A stretch of 64,000 nt of DNA from Octopus sinensis. Lineage: Eukaryota. A program made the position numbers and the translations under genes. Of the stretch, positions 10,886-24,420 are shown in pieces. The stretch lies in the NCBI RefSeq assembly GCF_006345805.1, contig NC_042998.1:51398001-51462000 (forward strand), read 5' to 3'. Positions within the stretch are counted from its first letter, which is position 1. Each line of letters starts with the position of its first letter. The notes beneath the pieces are model-generated. The model was not told the DNA's origin. It made no database searches and saw only the letters and a list, made by a program, of their open reading frames with translations.

Positions 10886-12425
10886 GTGGCCGTAGCCAGT
10901 ACCGCATCGACTGGCCTCCGTTCTGTGGGCACATGACAAACACCATCCGATCGTGGCCGTTCGCCAGCCTCATCTAGCACCTGTGTCGGTGGCACATAAA
11001 AACACCATCCGAAGACCCGGCAAGACTAGTCAGGCCATAACCCATGGCCCCTACCTGGGACGTAGTCAGTCCACCTGTGCATACCTTCCTTCTTGTGACA
11101 CTTGTGAAGACCTGTTGAGGCAAGTGAAAATCAAATCAAATCAAAACAAATCAAAATAGATGAACATCAATGGAATCTGTATCTTTGTGGTACCAGTGCC
11201 GGTGGCACACACTTTGTGGTACCAGTGCCGGTGGCACACATGAGAACCATCCGAACGTGGCCGTAGCCAGTTCCGCATCGACCGGCCTCCGTGCTGTGGG
11301 CACGTAACAAACACCATCCGATCATGGCCGTTCGCCAGCCTCATCTGGCACCTGTGTCGGTGGCACATAAAAACACCTTCCGAAGACCCGGCAAGACTAG
11401 TCAGTCCACCTGTGCATACCTTCCTTCCTTCTTGTGACACTTGTGAAGACCGGTTGAGGCAAGTGAAAATCAAATCAAAATAGACAAAATAGATGAACAT
11501 CAATGGAATTTGTATCTTGTGGTATCTTGTGGTACCAGTGCCTGTGGCACACAAGAAATCCATCAGTGCCGTAGTCAGTGTGGTGGGCACATGACAAACA
11601 CCATCCGATCGTGGCCGTTCGCCAGCCTCATCTAGCACCTGTGTCGGTGGCACATAAAAACACCATCCGAAGACCCGGCAAGACTAGTCAGGCCATAACC
11701 CATGGCCCCTACCTGGGACGTAGTCAGTCCACCTGTGCATACCTTCCTTCTTGTGACACTTGTGAAGACCTGTTGAGGCAAGTGAAAATCAAATCAAAAC
11801 AAATCAAAATAGATGAACATCAATGGAATTTGTATCTTTGTGGTACCAGTGCCGGTGGCACGTGGCACATAAGAAAACCATCCGAACGTGGCCGTAGCCA
11901 GTACCGCATCGACTGGCCTCCGTGCTGTGGGCACGTAACAAGCACCATCCGATCGTGGCCGTTTGCCAGCCTCATCTGGCACCTGTGTCGGTGGCACATA
12001 AAAACACCATCCGAGCGTGGCCGTCTGCCAGCCTCGTCTGGCACCTGTGTCGGTGGCACATAAAAACACCATCCGAGCGTGGCCGTCTGCCAGCCTCGTC
12101 TGGCACCTGTGTCGGTGGCACATAAAAAACACCATCCGAGCGTGGCCGTCTGCCAGCCTCGTCTGGCACCTGTGTCGGTGGCACATAAAAACACCATCCG
12201 AGCGTGGCCGTTTGTCAGCCTCGTCTGGCACCTGTGTCGGTGGCACATAAAATCACCCACTACACTCTCGGAGTGGTTGGCGTTAGGAAGGGCATCCAGC
12301 TGTAGAAACACTGCCAGATCTGACTGGACTGGTGCAGCTTTCGGGCTCCCCAGACCCCAGTTGAACCGTCCAACCCATGCTAGCATGGAAAGCGGACGTT
12401 AAATGATGATGATGATGATGATGAT
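10886..12425 (+). mobile_element. Young composite RTE-tail element with tandem ~310-370 bp units and five 62-63 bp subrepeats
   Basis: Units start at 10886, 11257, about 11568 and 11888. Subrepeats at 11954, 12016, 12078, 12141, 12203. 3' core ends CCATGCTAGCATGG...GTTAAA(TGA)n. CpGs retained. Confidence 0.85.
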
Positions 12426-13091
12426 TGGAGAAGCACCATAGCATGTAAGTGTTCAGCATCTTTGGCTAAGTACCTGATTTAAATCATTTCACCTCATTCA
12501 TGTCACATATTCCCATGGAAAAGATGTGACTCATAATTTTCTTTTTCTTCTCTAAAAAAAATCAAAATGCCTTAAAGTTCTTATTTTTCTTGTTTTTCGT
12601 TTAATGAACTTTAAAGGAAGACCTAGAAAGGAAATAGAAATCAGTGCTAATAATAAAGGTATCATCTTGATTTTTTTTTTTTGATTAGCTTGTTAATATT
12701 CATTAAGCAGATTCTTCATTTATTGTGATGATAATTCTTTGAGCTTGACTTTCTCTACAATCTTTACCATTTTGTTTACTTTTCTTTTTTCCTTATCAAA
12801 TGTACTCTAAACTATTTAAATGATTTTATGTTATTTATTTATTTATTTTTTATCCTTCTTGGTGCTTTTCCCTTGTCTCTCTTTGTTTCTTAGCTTTCTC
12901 AAGAAATTTTGTTACAGGGACTACACCAGCTATACATTACATCATTTTGATAACATTTAGTCATTTGTCTTCATTTCCAAAAGAGAATTCAAATTTCTAA
13001 TTATGAGTCACTTCATATAGAGGTTATATTTCTTATCTTTTTTTCCCTCTTTTTTTCACTCCAAGTAGTTTTTAATAGCTGTGGTGTTTAA

Positions 13092-13311
13092 CTCTTTAGC
13101 ATTCAGATTATTCTGTCACGTATAGCACTTAGTTACTCAATTGTTTTGTATTAATCATGCATCATCTCATAACTGTGAGATTTTGATGATGTAGTTATTT
13201 GTTTGTAGATTAACATTGTAAGGTAGGTGTGAGAGACTAGATCTGGCTGGTCTGAACATAAAAACAGATAGAATATTTAAGTCAGATACAGCCAGTTTAA
13301 ATGCTAAAGGG
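13092..13311. mobile_element. piggyBac-like MITE (type 1)
   Basis: TTAA at 13088-13091 and 13312-13315; termini CTCTTTAGCATT / AATGCTAAAGGG. Confidence 0.8.
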
Positions 13312-13452
13312 TTAAAGTTATCCATGGAGATTACACGCCACTGGTTTACTTTACAAAAGATGAAGTTTGAAAAGCAAATATTTTTGTGATATTAGAATAC
13401 AAAAATTGACATGAAAAATTGTTGAAGTTATTTATCCTTGAAAATATTATTC

Positions 13453-13832
13453 TGTTATTTGTTTCAGTCATTTGACTGTGGCGATGCTGAAGCACCACCA
13501 TTAGTTGAACAAACTGACCCCAGGACCTATTCTTTGTAAGCCTAGTACTTATTCTATTAGTCTCTTTTACTGAACTTCTAAGTTACGGAGACGTAAATGC
13601 ACCAGCATTGGTTGTCAAGCGATGTTGGGGTGACAAACACAGACACAGAAACACACACACACACACATATATATATACAACAGGCTTCTTTCAGTTTCCG
13701 TCTACCAAATCCACTCACTTGGTTAGCCCAAGGCCATAGTAGAAGACACTTGCCCAAGGTGTCACACAGTGAGATTGAAACCAGAACCATGTGGCTGATA
13801 AGTAAGTTACTTACCACACAGCCACTCCTGCT
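13453..13832 (-). mobile_element. tRNA-derived SINE (family B)
   Basis: Aligns end to end with the younger copy at 56108-56487; tRNA-like head on the - strand and internal (CA)n(TA)n. Confidence 0.85.
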
Positions 13833-14199
13833 TGAAATTTATTTTCTAATCTATCTGTTTTAAACTTATTAAAAAAATTGCTCAAAATAAGCAGTTAAAC
13901 TTATTTAATGATAAACTATGAAATGTAATAAATTGAGAGCAGCTTTAATAGAAATAATGAAAAAGAAAGTGGAATGGTTGATAGTAGGTGATTGTTCTGT
14001 GCAGTTTCTTGTATCTTGGTGAAAGTATGAAGGGCAATGCACATGGCCATTTGTAGGGCCATTTGTGATAGAGAGATAGGAAAGAAATAAGGAAAACATG
14101 TTCTTAGGTTATCCTTAAACAAAAGACAGTTTGATTCCTTCCAACAGAGCTGACCCTTCTAAAGTCACCCAAGGACCAGATGATTGTGTTAAAGTGGGT

Positions 14200-14580
14200 A
14201 ACAATTTAACACTGCCTCCCGAAAATAGCCACAGTTGCTCTGATGGTATTCTACACAGCAGAGAGCAGTTTGCAAATACACATATCACAGCACTTCTCAG
14301 TGGATCTTAGCTTAGATAGGGTCAACAACCCATCATTCACCCTTGTATAGATATACACTCCATGTGTGAGTTCATTTGCCACCCTTTTATGCATAGCACC
14401 CAGAAATAATGCAAATAGTGTGAGAGCAAGTACACAGCCCTGCTTTTTGCTCCATTCCCAAAAGGAAAGAGGTCCAAGCTGATGCTTCAAAGAGAGACTG
14501 TGGTAGGCATACATACCATTGTGAAGTAATTGGAATATTCCTTAAAATTTGTCCAATCCATATCTTTTCAGCAGTGCTCA
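14200..14580 (-). mobile_element. RTE LINE reverse transcriptase fragment
   Basis: KKQGCVLALTLFALFL...GVYIYTRVNDGLLTLSKLR matches the RTE/BovB-type GVKQGCVLAPTLF...GIYLRTRSDGKLFNL.RLR region; frameshifted. Confidence 0.85.
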
Positions 14581-15258
14581 TAAGCATTTATTGCTCATAT
14601 TTTAAAAAACCTTTGTAAAGTTGATAAATAAAATAGAATGCACTGTTCTTTTCTTGAATTTATTGGAAGGTGAAAGTCACATCTTTTGCATACATAATCA
14701 GCATTGGCTTTCAGGAATAATCATTTGGGTACTTTTTTGTAATACCATCAGCAATATTTTTACTAGACAAAGAGAGAGAGAGAGCAGAAACCTTTTCCTG
14801 CCAACAAATCATACTTGATTATTAGTGACAGCCAAGAAGAAAGCTCGGTGATATACAAAATAATCCAGTACAACAGCTTTCTTCCATATTTTGTTGCTTA
14901 GAAAATAATCCATTTTTAGAATTGATAACTTTATAATTTGAAAGATTTGTAGTAAAGATCAAATAGCAGCAGATACATTGGATTTCTCTAAGCAATACCA
15001 TTTGGTTTTTAAGTTAACTACAAATAATAGATGACAATGATGAAGGAAAATCTGACATATTTAAATATTTCAAAAACAATTGTTGATTAAAGAAAGAAAA
15101 GATAAGAAAGCATCTCAGTGTGGGTCATTCAACTTAATCTGTCAGGATCTGAATAGCATCTGAATCTCCCTTAAATCACACCATACTATGTTAAAAAAAG
15201 AGGGATACATTTTATAATATAATTTTAGATTGGAACACCTTTATTCATAGGTCAACAC

Positions 15259-15560
15259 CAGGGATTCTCAACCATTTTTTACCTATAGACCCCTTTGATT
15301 ACTATTTATTCTCGTGAACCCCACTAAACATTCGATGTTTAAAAACTAGGTTTATAGAAATTCCTTTCAAAATCCCTAGGTTGTTTTCCCCACATTAACT
15401 TGTGTAGGTTGAACAATGTAAAATGTTAGAGAAAGAAACCTAGCTGTTTCTTGCAATACATACCAATACATACATCTAAAGCAAAAATTTTTCCAGAGCC
15501 CTTAAAACACTATTGTAAACAATCTACTATTTTGTTGTATGGACCCCTTGAGAACCCCTG
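15259..15560. mobile_element. hAT (Charlie-like) MITE
   Basis: Termini CAGGGATTCTCAACC / TTGAGAACCCCTG; internally homologous to 6540-6857. Confidence 0.8.
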
Positions 15561-17271
15561 ATCTACATAAACAAGAAAAGCATGTGGACTTTTGAATTAA
15601 TTGTGAAAAGTTGAAATGGATTTCATGGTAGCTTAAATAAATTATACAGCATTTCATCTTTATCAAATAAACAGATTAAGAGAAAGATATACCAGATGTC
15701 ACTCTAGATGCATCGTGTGTGTGTGTGTGTGTGTAAGAGTAAAACCACAAAGCATAGGATAGTTACAACTCGTAACAGGATGTTTATAAGGGGATGATTA
15801 CATAAAAGACAAGATAGTTATTTAGGTGTTCTGATTCAAAGATGACTTGGAGGCTAAATATCAACAACAAACTAATTACTATAATGCTCATGTTTAATAC
15901 TCATCTTTTTTTTTACCTAGTTCAAAATTAAAATTCAAGGTAGTGTATTACACATGATATTGGCCTATTTTCTCCACTAGCTTTCATTAAGAAAAAGTAA
16001 TAATGTAACAAAGCTTTACTATTTTAGAATTTTGCTTTATTATTATATGTCATATTTTATATATAATAAAATATTAAAATCCAATACATTGATATATAGT
16101 AAATTATCTACCTTGGAAACAGCTATGCAATACTGCTCAGTATACAGTGTATTTTAGGGTTTTTTCACAACAATCTAGATCCCCAAATCAACATGTGCAT
16201 TATACATGTTAGTATGTAGTAAAATTTCAACCGACTTCTAGAACATTCCCAATGTACATATAACATTTGTTAATCATACATTACACTCAGCAGTGTATGA
16301 AATAACTTGTACATAGACGTACTTAATCTTGTTGTAGATATTATTTTCTGTTAGCACCCAAGTTAATGGGATTGTTTGTTCAGCAACTAACTAACTTATC
16401 ACAGTTTTTGAGTATTTTTAGATTTTCATCAAGTCTAGTATACCAAGTCACATGTTGTCTCCTTTAGGTATTATCACATTTATAAGCATTATGAAATTTA
16501 GAGAATACACTGTTGACCAAGTTTAATCATACATTATGCTACATGGCATATTGTGTTATGTAGTAAGTGTATATAAAAACTTCATATTGCTCCATAGAAA
16601 TTTTTATTATATGCTTATTCCATATATAATCTCTTCTGAAAAATAATTTATTTTGTTTCCTTCTTATAATACTTGACTCACTTGTATATTTAGATACCTA
16701 AAGATTATGAAACTTCCATATGATCAATATAAATATTGTCATATCAGCTTGTAACTCTAAAATAGCCATCATTTAGCTAAATGTTCATAACATTTGGTTA
16801 GAAAGTTCTAAAAGCATAATTTTTTTCTTAAATATTCTCTACACTTATACCAAATAATTATCTTTTATAATAAAATATAATAATATTACCAAGTAAGTTC
16901 TTTAGTGGAACATTTATTCAAGAAATAAAAAGAAAAAACAAACTAAGACAGATTTTTAAAACTCTTACTGAATATTATTAGCAGCTCTTGTTATTGTCCA
17001 ACCCTATTTTGGTCCTGAATAAGCACACCTATAATGATGCATTGATTGGTTTCTATCCAATGTGTGTTTTAATGGCCTCTCTGTCTAGTAACATTCTCAT
17101 TCTACAGCTATGTTGATCTTCATACCAGAGTAAATGATTGTTTTTCCACCTTAGTATAGTTTTCTTTTTCCAGTCTATCTCATCTCACTGATTTCTGAGA
17201 TGTTTATTTGATACTCCTTGAATTGTCTCATAAGTTATTCCATTTATCCTCTTTGATATACAATGTTTGTA

Positions 17272-18142
17272 CATGCTCTGATCAATAAGTATCCAGATTG
17301 TTGCTATAGTAATGAATCTAAAGCATGCAGAGTGAAGACACTTGGCACAGGTTGACCTTGAACTCTGCTGTGCATGCACACTAAGTTTTAACATTCTAGC
17401 TCACTTCCGCTATTTACAGCAGTGCTTGGAAGGAATGTGTGTAGTGTGTGATCATTGCATTGACCATGATAGAGAAAGCTGAGCAGAGAATCTGCATCAA
17501 ATTTTGCCAAGAGCTTGTTGATAACTGTTCAGAGGTCTACACAAAGTTTTCATCATTCTTAACACAACCAATGAGATCTTGTGCAACTGAAACCTGAGTA
17601 TCTTTTTGGTCAGCTGAAAGCAGTTTTGGCACAAACTTGGCAGACATGTGTCTCATACCCAAATCTTCAGTAATAATGGACTGAACTGAATCATAACTAA
17701 TCTGCACATCCTCTGATAATTCATGGATGGGGATTTGAGGATTTCCCCTCACAGATGCATGCACATCTGCAATGTTTTTCTCAGTTCCGCTGGCTGTAGA
17801 TCTAGAACATTCGTCACTATTGATATTTTTTAGCCATCTTAGAAACGTTTGAACCACTCGTACACTTGTGTGTGGCTCATACACTCCTCTCCATACTTTC
17901 TGCAACTTTACTGTAGGCCTCTGAGCAGGTATCACCATGATGACTTTCTCTGTCATCATCAGTGTGACAATCACATGTTCCTTCCAAGCACTGCTGTAAA
18001 CAGCACAAGTGAGCTAGAATGTTATAACTTAGTGTGCATGCACAACAGGGTCCAAGGTCAATTTGTGCCAAGTGGCTCTCTCTCTCTGTGTTTTAGCTTC
18101 ATTACTATGGCAACAGTCCGGATACTTATTGATCAGACCTCA
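17272..18142. mobile_element. Mariner derivative with two inverted 5' ends
   Basis: TA-flanked termini (CTGATCAATAAGTATCC). + arm encodes MIEKAEQRICIKFCQEL; - arm encodes the HTH region through ...LGMRHMSAKFVPKLL...KNDENFV. Confidence 0.85.
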
Positions 18143-18578
18143 TATATTCCATGTACCTAACTTTGTTATATCTTTGGTGTTCAGAATTTAGCATTCTGAG
18201 ACTCTAACTTCCATTTGGCTTTCATTAGAGTCTATCATTGTTGGACCATGTCTACTGTATCTGGCCTAAATATTCTACTCATTCTATGTTCAAACTGGCC
18301 ATATTTAGCCTCTCACACTTACCCTACAATGCCATTCTAAAACTAAACAATCACATCATCAAAATCTCAATGCTACAAGATAATGCATAAGTAATTCAAA
18401 ACAATGCAAATAAGTATGACATTAAACAATATAATATGAATGCTAATTGGTTAGACCATATGGTGTTGTTTGAGTGGATATTTGGATACTGATTTTTAGT
18501 TAGTCAAGTGAACACATAAAGAGTAGTTTCCAACCTTTTCACTTTCAAGAACCTCTTTTAGTTAAATGAATTTTCCAG

Positions 18579-18769
18579 GTGGCACGTAAAAAGCACCCAC
18601 TACACTCACGGAGTGGTTGGCGTTAGGAAGGGCATCCAGCCGTAGAAACACTGCCAGATTTGACTGGGCCTGATGAAGCCTTCTGGCTTCACAGACCCCA
18701 GTAGAACCGTCCAACCCATGCTAGCATGGAAAACGGACGCTAAACGATGATGATGATGATGATGATGAT
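18579..18769 (+). mobile_element. Young RTE-tail SINE-like element
   Basis: CACCCACTACACTCACGGAGTGGTTGGCGTTAGGAAGGGCATCCAG...CATGCTAGCATGG...(GAT)n. Confidence 0.9.
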
Positions 18770-19344
18770 AGGCCCCAGGTTTTTGAAAGACTTGTCTACT
18801 CAATAAGCTAATTTCATTAACTAACAACAAACCTTTATTTGTGGTTTTTATCTCTCAGTTGAAAGATGTATGTAACTGTGTTATACATATTATACTGCAG
18901 CATTTTAAAATTTTGAACACAACTCGTAGACTACATTTTTGTGGATCCAGGTTTGGTACTGTTAGCTCAGCAGCTCCTACTTTATTATCAGTTTAAGGCA
19001 GTGGAATGACAGAAACAGTAGGGTGTCAGACTAAATGACTTGGAATATTCAGTTATGTCCCATTACATTCTTGGTTTGTATTACAATAGAGATTAATAAT
19101 CTACCAATGTACCAATAATGTACCAATACTAAATACTATTAAACCGATTACACTATTGCCAGATATTAATTAGACATAATTATTATTAATTTCTCACATT
19201 CATATATAGTCATATAATTTACCCCAGTATTTGGCTGGTGCTTTATTTTACTGACTCATAGAGAATGTAAAGCAAAGTTGCCTTAAGTTAATATCACAGA
19301 GTATTTTGTCTGTATCTTTTACCTACTGATCATGCCTGTCATTA

Positions 19345-19562
19345 TTATTATTATTATTTGTTAGCACACTGGACAAAATGCTTAGCAGTATTTCGGCCAT
19401 CACTACATTCTGAGTTCAGATTCTGCCGAGGTCAACTTTGCCTTTCATCCTTTCAGAGTTGATAAATGAAGTACCAGTAAAACACTGGAGTTGATGTAAT
19501 CGACTAGTCCCCCTCCCCCAAAACCTTCAGGCCTTTTGCCTTTAGTAGAAAGGATTATTATT
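19345..19562 (+). mobile_element. tRNA-derived SINE (family A)
   Basis: B-box-like GAGTTCAGATTC, GAGGTCAACTTTGCCTTTCATCC, AAGTACCAG; (TTA)n flanks. Confidence 0.8.
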
Positions 19563-19569
19563 GGCATTC

Positions 19570-19817
19570 ATTGGTATTGATGCTGGTGCTGCATGGAAAG
19601 CACTGGTGCTACTTCCATATAGAAAGCACTGGTGATGGTGCCATGTAAAAAGTACCCTTTATACTCTGTAAAACGGCTGGCATTTAGAAGGGCATCCAGC
19701 TGTGGCAACCAAGCCAAAACAGACTATGAAACTTGGTGCAACTTCAACCTTGCCAGCTCCTATCTAGCCATCCAACCCATACCAGCATGGGAAATAGGCA
19801 TTAACTAATGATGATGA
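19570..19817 (+). mobile_element. RTE-tail element with 5' minisatellite
   Basis: AAAGCACTGGTG units, then GAAGGGCATCCAGCTG core and (GAT)n tail. Confidence 0.7.
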
Positions 19818-20258
19818 TCCACCTACTACTTCCAGGGTGGTTGATTTAATTGTGGTGTTTTGTTGGATCAGTTTACATTTCTGGTTTCAAATCTTAGGAA
19901 AGTGAATTTTGCCTTTCCATCTTTTAGGATCGATGATATAAAAGTACTAGTTAAATACTGTGATTGATTTAAACAGATTCTGTAACCATGTGTCTATGTG
20001 TGTGAATTCATTATTTTCTCCATCTCATTTTTGTATTTTTCTTTCGTCTTTGTTCACATATCCTTTGGTCATACTGAACAGCTATTTTGTCCTTTTCCAT
20101 TTGGTTAATCTTTTAGCTAATACTTTATGATCTGTATATAGTGCTTAAAGCCTATTTTCTTTATTGACTATGGCATGTCTTTCTTAACTGTACATATAAT
20201 CGTACTTTGACATTTTGATGCTTAAGTTTGACCTGCTGTTAGTAAGGTGATATCTTTT

Positions 20259-20298
<40 letters not shown>

Positions 20299-20930
20299 CA
20301 GAATGGTCAGAGGATAGTCAGAGAGATATAGAAGAAAGTGAATGAGTTTTTATATATTCACAGCTATTGAATAGGTTTATCATTTGTCATGGTATTTTCT
20401 TTTTAGTCTCACTTTCAATTGTCCCGTTTTTTGTTTTTTTAAAGATAGTTTTCAAATGTTTTTATTTGAGCTTTTGCATTAGATATCTATGAGATAAGAG
20501 TGTGACACTATCAGGAGGCAGTTCAAAATGTCACTGTTTTATTTTTCTCATTAGTATTCCAAGTTCTCATAGTTATTCTTTGGCTGATAAGTGGGAGACC
20601 AACCAGTTCAAAGCTTATATTTTTGTTGGGAGTTTGAATAGAGACAAATCACAGATTTCAAATAACTGATACAAAAACTTTGGCTCTCATTATATATTCA
20701 CTTATATTTTTTGATACTTTATTGACAGATTCCCTGTAAAGATAGAAAATAACTAGATCTCCTTTCTTTTTATAGCAAATGTGGTTTTGTGGTTAAAAAG
20801 CTTGCTTCCAAGCCATGCGGTCTTGGTTTCAGTCCTACTGCATGGTACCATGGACAAGTGTCTTTTATTTAAAGCCTTGGGCCAGGCAAAGCCTTGTGAG
20901 TGGATTTGGTAAACAGAAGCATGTCATATA

Positions 20931-21327
20931 CAAGGTGCGATGGGTAAACTGTTGATATTTTATATTTTTAATTTCACACATGCACATTGTTTGTTTTTGA
21001 TTTTGTCAACTACACTGTATAGAAGGGTCAGTTGGACACCATCTGTGAGAAAAACAGCACCATGACACAATTCACTCTGTCAGAAATTTGGAAACAATAT
21101 GCTGTACTGCTTGGCATTTGCACCAGAAGCTCCAATATGAACATTTCAGAATGTTTAGTTGTCAATCTGAAGACATGTACCGAGAATGATAAAAATCAAA
21201 CATCCAGTCAACATCATGGTGCTTGGAATGATCACTAGTGATGGTGATGTTATGCCTCCATTCATCATCTTACATGGCCTCAGACTTAACACGGTGGCCT
21301 ACATCAAGTGCTTGGAGGAAACAGTGT
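20931..21327 (+). mobile_element. DD37D (maT) Tc1/mariner deletion derivative
   Basis: TA|CAAGGTG terminus. IKHPVNIMVLGMITSDGDVMPPFI is homologous to the transposase at 63319-64000. Confidence 0.8.
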
Positions 21328-22274
21328 GTTTCCAACCACTGGTGAGGCATACACTTTTCTGGAAAGTTATAATAGGACCTGAGGTAAAATAGGTTGGGAA
21401 ACACTGATTTACATCATTGTTTAAAATCTGTTGATCTCCAGGTGAGCTCTGATTGAGCTGACCTATATTTGAAGATATTCCAATCATGACCATCTCCTTT
21501 TATTATTTCATAGTCAGACGAAAGACTAGCTACGTGGTTAAGAAGTTCATTTCATAACTACATGGTTTCAGGTTCATTGTATTGTGCCTTAGACAAGTGT
21601 CTTCTATTATTTACTAGCTTAAAAGCTGTACTCAGTGTGGACTTTTAAACTGCAGGGCTAATTGGGCCTGTGGCCCAAAACTAGAGCAAACTAAATAGCA
21701 TGACTATAATACATCTATAATGACTATATGCTCCACTGGTGTTTGATCAGAGGTTAAGGACAGGTGAGAATGAATTCTGTAATGCAATCATTCTCTTGTT
21801 CCAGTCCCAAGTTGAATTCCAACAGTTGGCCAATTTGTCCCAAAGTTCTTATCTCTAAATAAAATTAATGAAGCAAATATCATTTATGTCCCACTTGATC
21901 TCTGACATCATATGACAAACACCAACCAAGATGGCATGAATCAGCCAAACTATTATACCTGCAAGAAATAGCAACCCAAATGCTTTTAAATCAGATCCTA
22001 ATGTTGGATGTTCAAGAACCAAATGAAGGGCAGATTTTCAATCCTGGGATCATCCTGATTCCAAAAAGGTATATGTCTATGTAGAGCAAATATAGACTGA
22101 GATACAAGGGTCCCAAATGGACAAACAGAATTTCGCTTTTATTATTATAGGTGTGTATGTGTGAATCAATGCATTGTGAATGAAATTTGGTTGATAGAAA
22201 CCATATGAAAGCTCATCGCATACATATGTGTGTGTGTGCTTGCATTAACACTATTTTGGAAGTGTTGATATTGT

Positions 22275-22690
22275 AGGTGGCAAGCTGGCAGAAACTAGTA
22301 TGCTGGGCGAAATACTTAGCGGTATTTCATCTGCCGTTATGTTCTGAGTTCAAATTCTGTCGAGGTCGACTTTGTTTTTCATCCTTTTGGGGTCAATTAA
22401 ATAAGTACCAGTTATGCACTGGGGTCGATATAATCGACTTAATCTGTTTGTCTGTCCTTGTTTGTCCCCTCTATGTGTAGCCCCTTGTGGACAGCAAAGA
22501 AAAAGAAACATTAGCATGCCAAGTGAAATGCTTAGCAGTATTTCATCTGTCTTTACGTTCTGAGTTCAAATTCAGCCAAGGTCAGCTTTGCCTTTCATCC
22601 TTTAAGTACCAGTTGCATACTGGGGTCAATCTAATTGACACCCCCCACCAAAAAAAAATTTCAGCCCTTGTGCCTAGAGGAGAAAAGGAT
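22275..22690 (+). mobile_element. Two tandem family A SINEs
   Basis: GCTGGCAGAAAC head, GAGTTCAAATTC B-box and GTCGACTTTG body, repeated from about 22505. Confidence 0.85.
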
Positions 22691-22845
22691 ACTGTTTATA
22701 TCTCCTATGAACAAATTGTCCAACAGCCCTTCAATGTTTAAAGATATAGAATGAAGTGTGCGCTTGTTAAACAAGTCAGAACTGGTGCCAAGTAGAACAT
22801 ATTACTGTAAAATATTGTTTTGAAGAAGCCTTCTGTCTCTGCACT

Positions 22846-23128
22846 AATCTTTTTGTCTTTTGCTTGTTCCAACCAGTGGACTGTGGCCATGCTGGAGTAC
22901 CATCTTGAAGGGTTTAGTTGAACCACTGATCCCAGGACTTATTTTCTAAAGCCTAGTACTTATTTTGTCTGTCTCTTTTGCCAAATGCTTAGTTACTGGA
23001 ACATAATCAAACCAACACACACACACACACACATATGCAACAAGCTTCTTTCAGTTTCCATCTACCAGATCAATTCACAAGGTTTTATTTGGCCCAGGGT
23101 TGTAGTAGAAGACACTTGCCCAAGGTGA
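22846..23128 (-). mobile_element. Family B SINE, partial
   Basis: Aligns to 56108-56487. Confidence 0.8.
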
Positions 23129-24254
23129 CAAAGAAGAAAAAAGGGTGTAAAAGCAAAATTATGATATATTCAGGACCATGTTATGTAATGTGTCCTCTTA
23201 AGATGGTATGATGTGATTTGAGGGTGGTGTAACTACTATTTTTAGAAATTGAACTAGAACTTATTCATTAGCTGTCATCAAGTTTTAAATTGTATCTGCT
23301 TGTATTTGCTTTTAAGCTTGATGGGCAGGTTGCGAAAAGAAATATAGAATAAAAGTAGTATCATTAAAGCTGATGTCATCAAATTCTGATTTGACTTCTT
23401 TTCCAGGTATTTCAAAAAGCTTAGAATTTATAATAATGACCTTTTTTTTTTGTTCATTTACTTTCCTTTTTACATTAACCAAAGCTCAACTAAATTTCCT
23501 TCCACCTAAAGGGAAGGCAAAATTTGAAATGCATCTTAGCTGTCTGAATATAAGTTATGTAAGGAGGGAATGTATAGCATCCTTTCTTTTATAAGTAACT
23601 TTGTAAATGTATCATAAATTTAAAAAATTAGCTTTAGAATTTTGGCTTTGTAGAAGTGAAAGGTTTTTAATTTGACTGCTCATGAATGAAATTTTAGCAA
23701 AGATACCATTAACCTATTTTGTTTTTAGCATTTAAATTTGTTTTTGACGTATCTTTTAAAATGTTATTACATAAGAGAAAGTGGCTGTGATGATGCAAAT
23801 ATTACCATGATTTCAAACATCACTATTGCAGCTATTAATTAATGTTGTGCCTCTTTTGCTTCAGTCTGTCTGAATATCAAGCAGGTTCTTCTTATGTTCC
23901 AACTGTTTTAGCAGCAGGGTGGGTTGTTCAGTTGAAAAATGATTATGCCAACAATGTAATGGTCAAAATTAGTGAAAACGATCATTACTTCAACTAACAA
24001 GGTGAAATAGATATAAAACAGTACAAAAATCTTCTGGCATCACTTTTTACTGAATAAATGTAGTCTGCTTGAACACAAGACTGACATTTAAGTCTTTAGG
24101 ATGAGTAATGTAACCTCTGAGAGACTAAAGTGTCTTCAGTTTTCATTTTATTTTATTTATTTTTTTTTTTTGTTCTGATCCAAAGTAATTTGATTGTACT
24201 TACATATTGGCCATTACTGAACATAGATAGTACTATAAATTTCTCTAAAACATG

Positions 24255-24420
24255 CCAATAGACAACACTAATTCTTCTCGGTCTTTCTTCTTTATCACTT
24301 CTTGTAATGGTGTTTTTCGCTTCATGCTGCTCTTAAAGTAAATCTGATCTAAAGAACTCATTTCCAAACACCTATAAATTTGTCCTTCATACCCATCTCT
24401 TCTATCAATATGAAGAAGCA
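24255..24420 (-). mobile_element. Probable RTE C-terminal remnant
   Basis: KRKTPLQEVIKKKDREELVLSIGM resembles the RPRKTW.EVIKKD..ELGLS end of RTE ORFs. Confidence 0.4.

Noticed and set aside
12016-12077. Resemblance of CCAGCCTCGTCTGGC to the HDV ribozyme P3/L3 region
   Set aside because: I could not build P1, P2 or J4/2; the sequence is explained by two local hairpins. A descriptor search would settle it.
11954-12252. CRISPR-like regular repeats
   Set aside because: Units are contiguous with no unique spacers; eukaryotic context and no cas genes.
10953-12402. Many overlapping 67-188 aa ORFs (also 40584-41059)
   Set aside because: They arise from GC-rich tandem repeats and are open on both strands with repetitive peptides; no protein domain recognised.
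21900-22082. About 60 open codons (…LLNQILMLDVQEPNEGQIFNPG…)
   Set aside because: Overlaps a decayed repeat (CTGCAAGAAATAGCA…) and lacks a credible acceptor.
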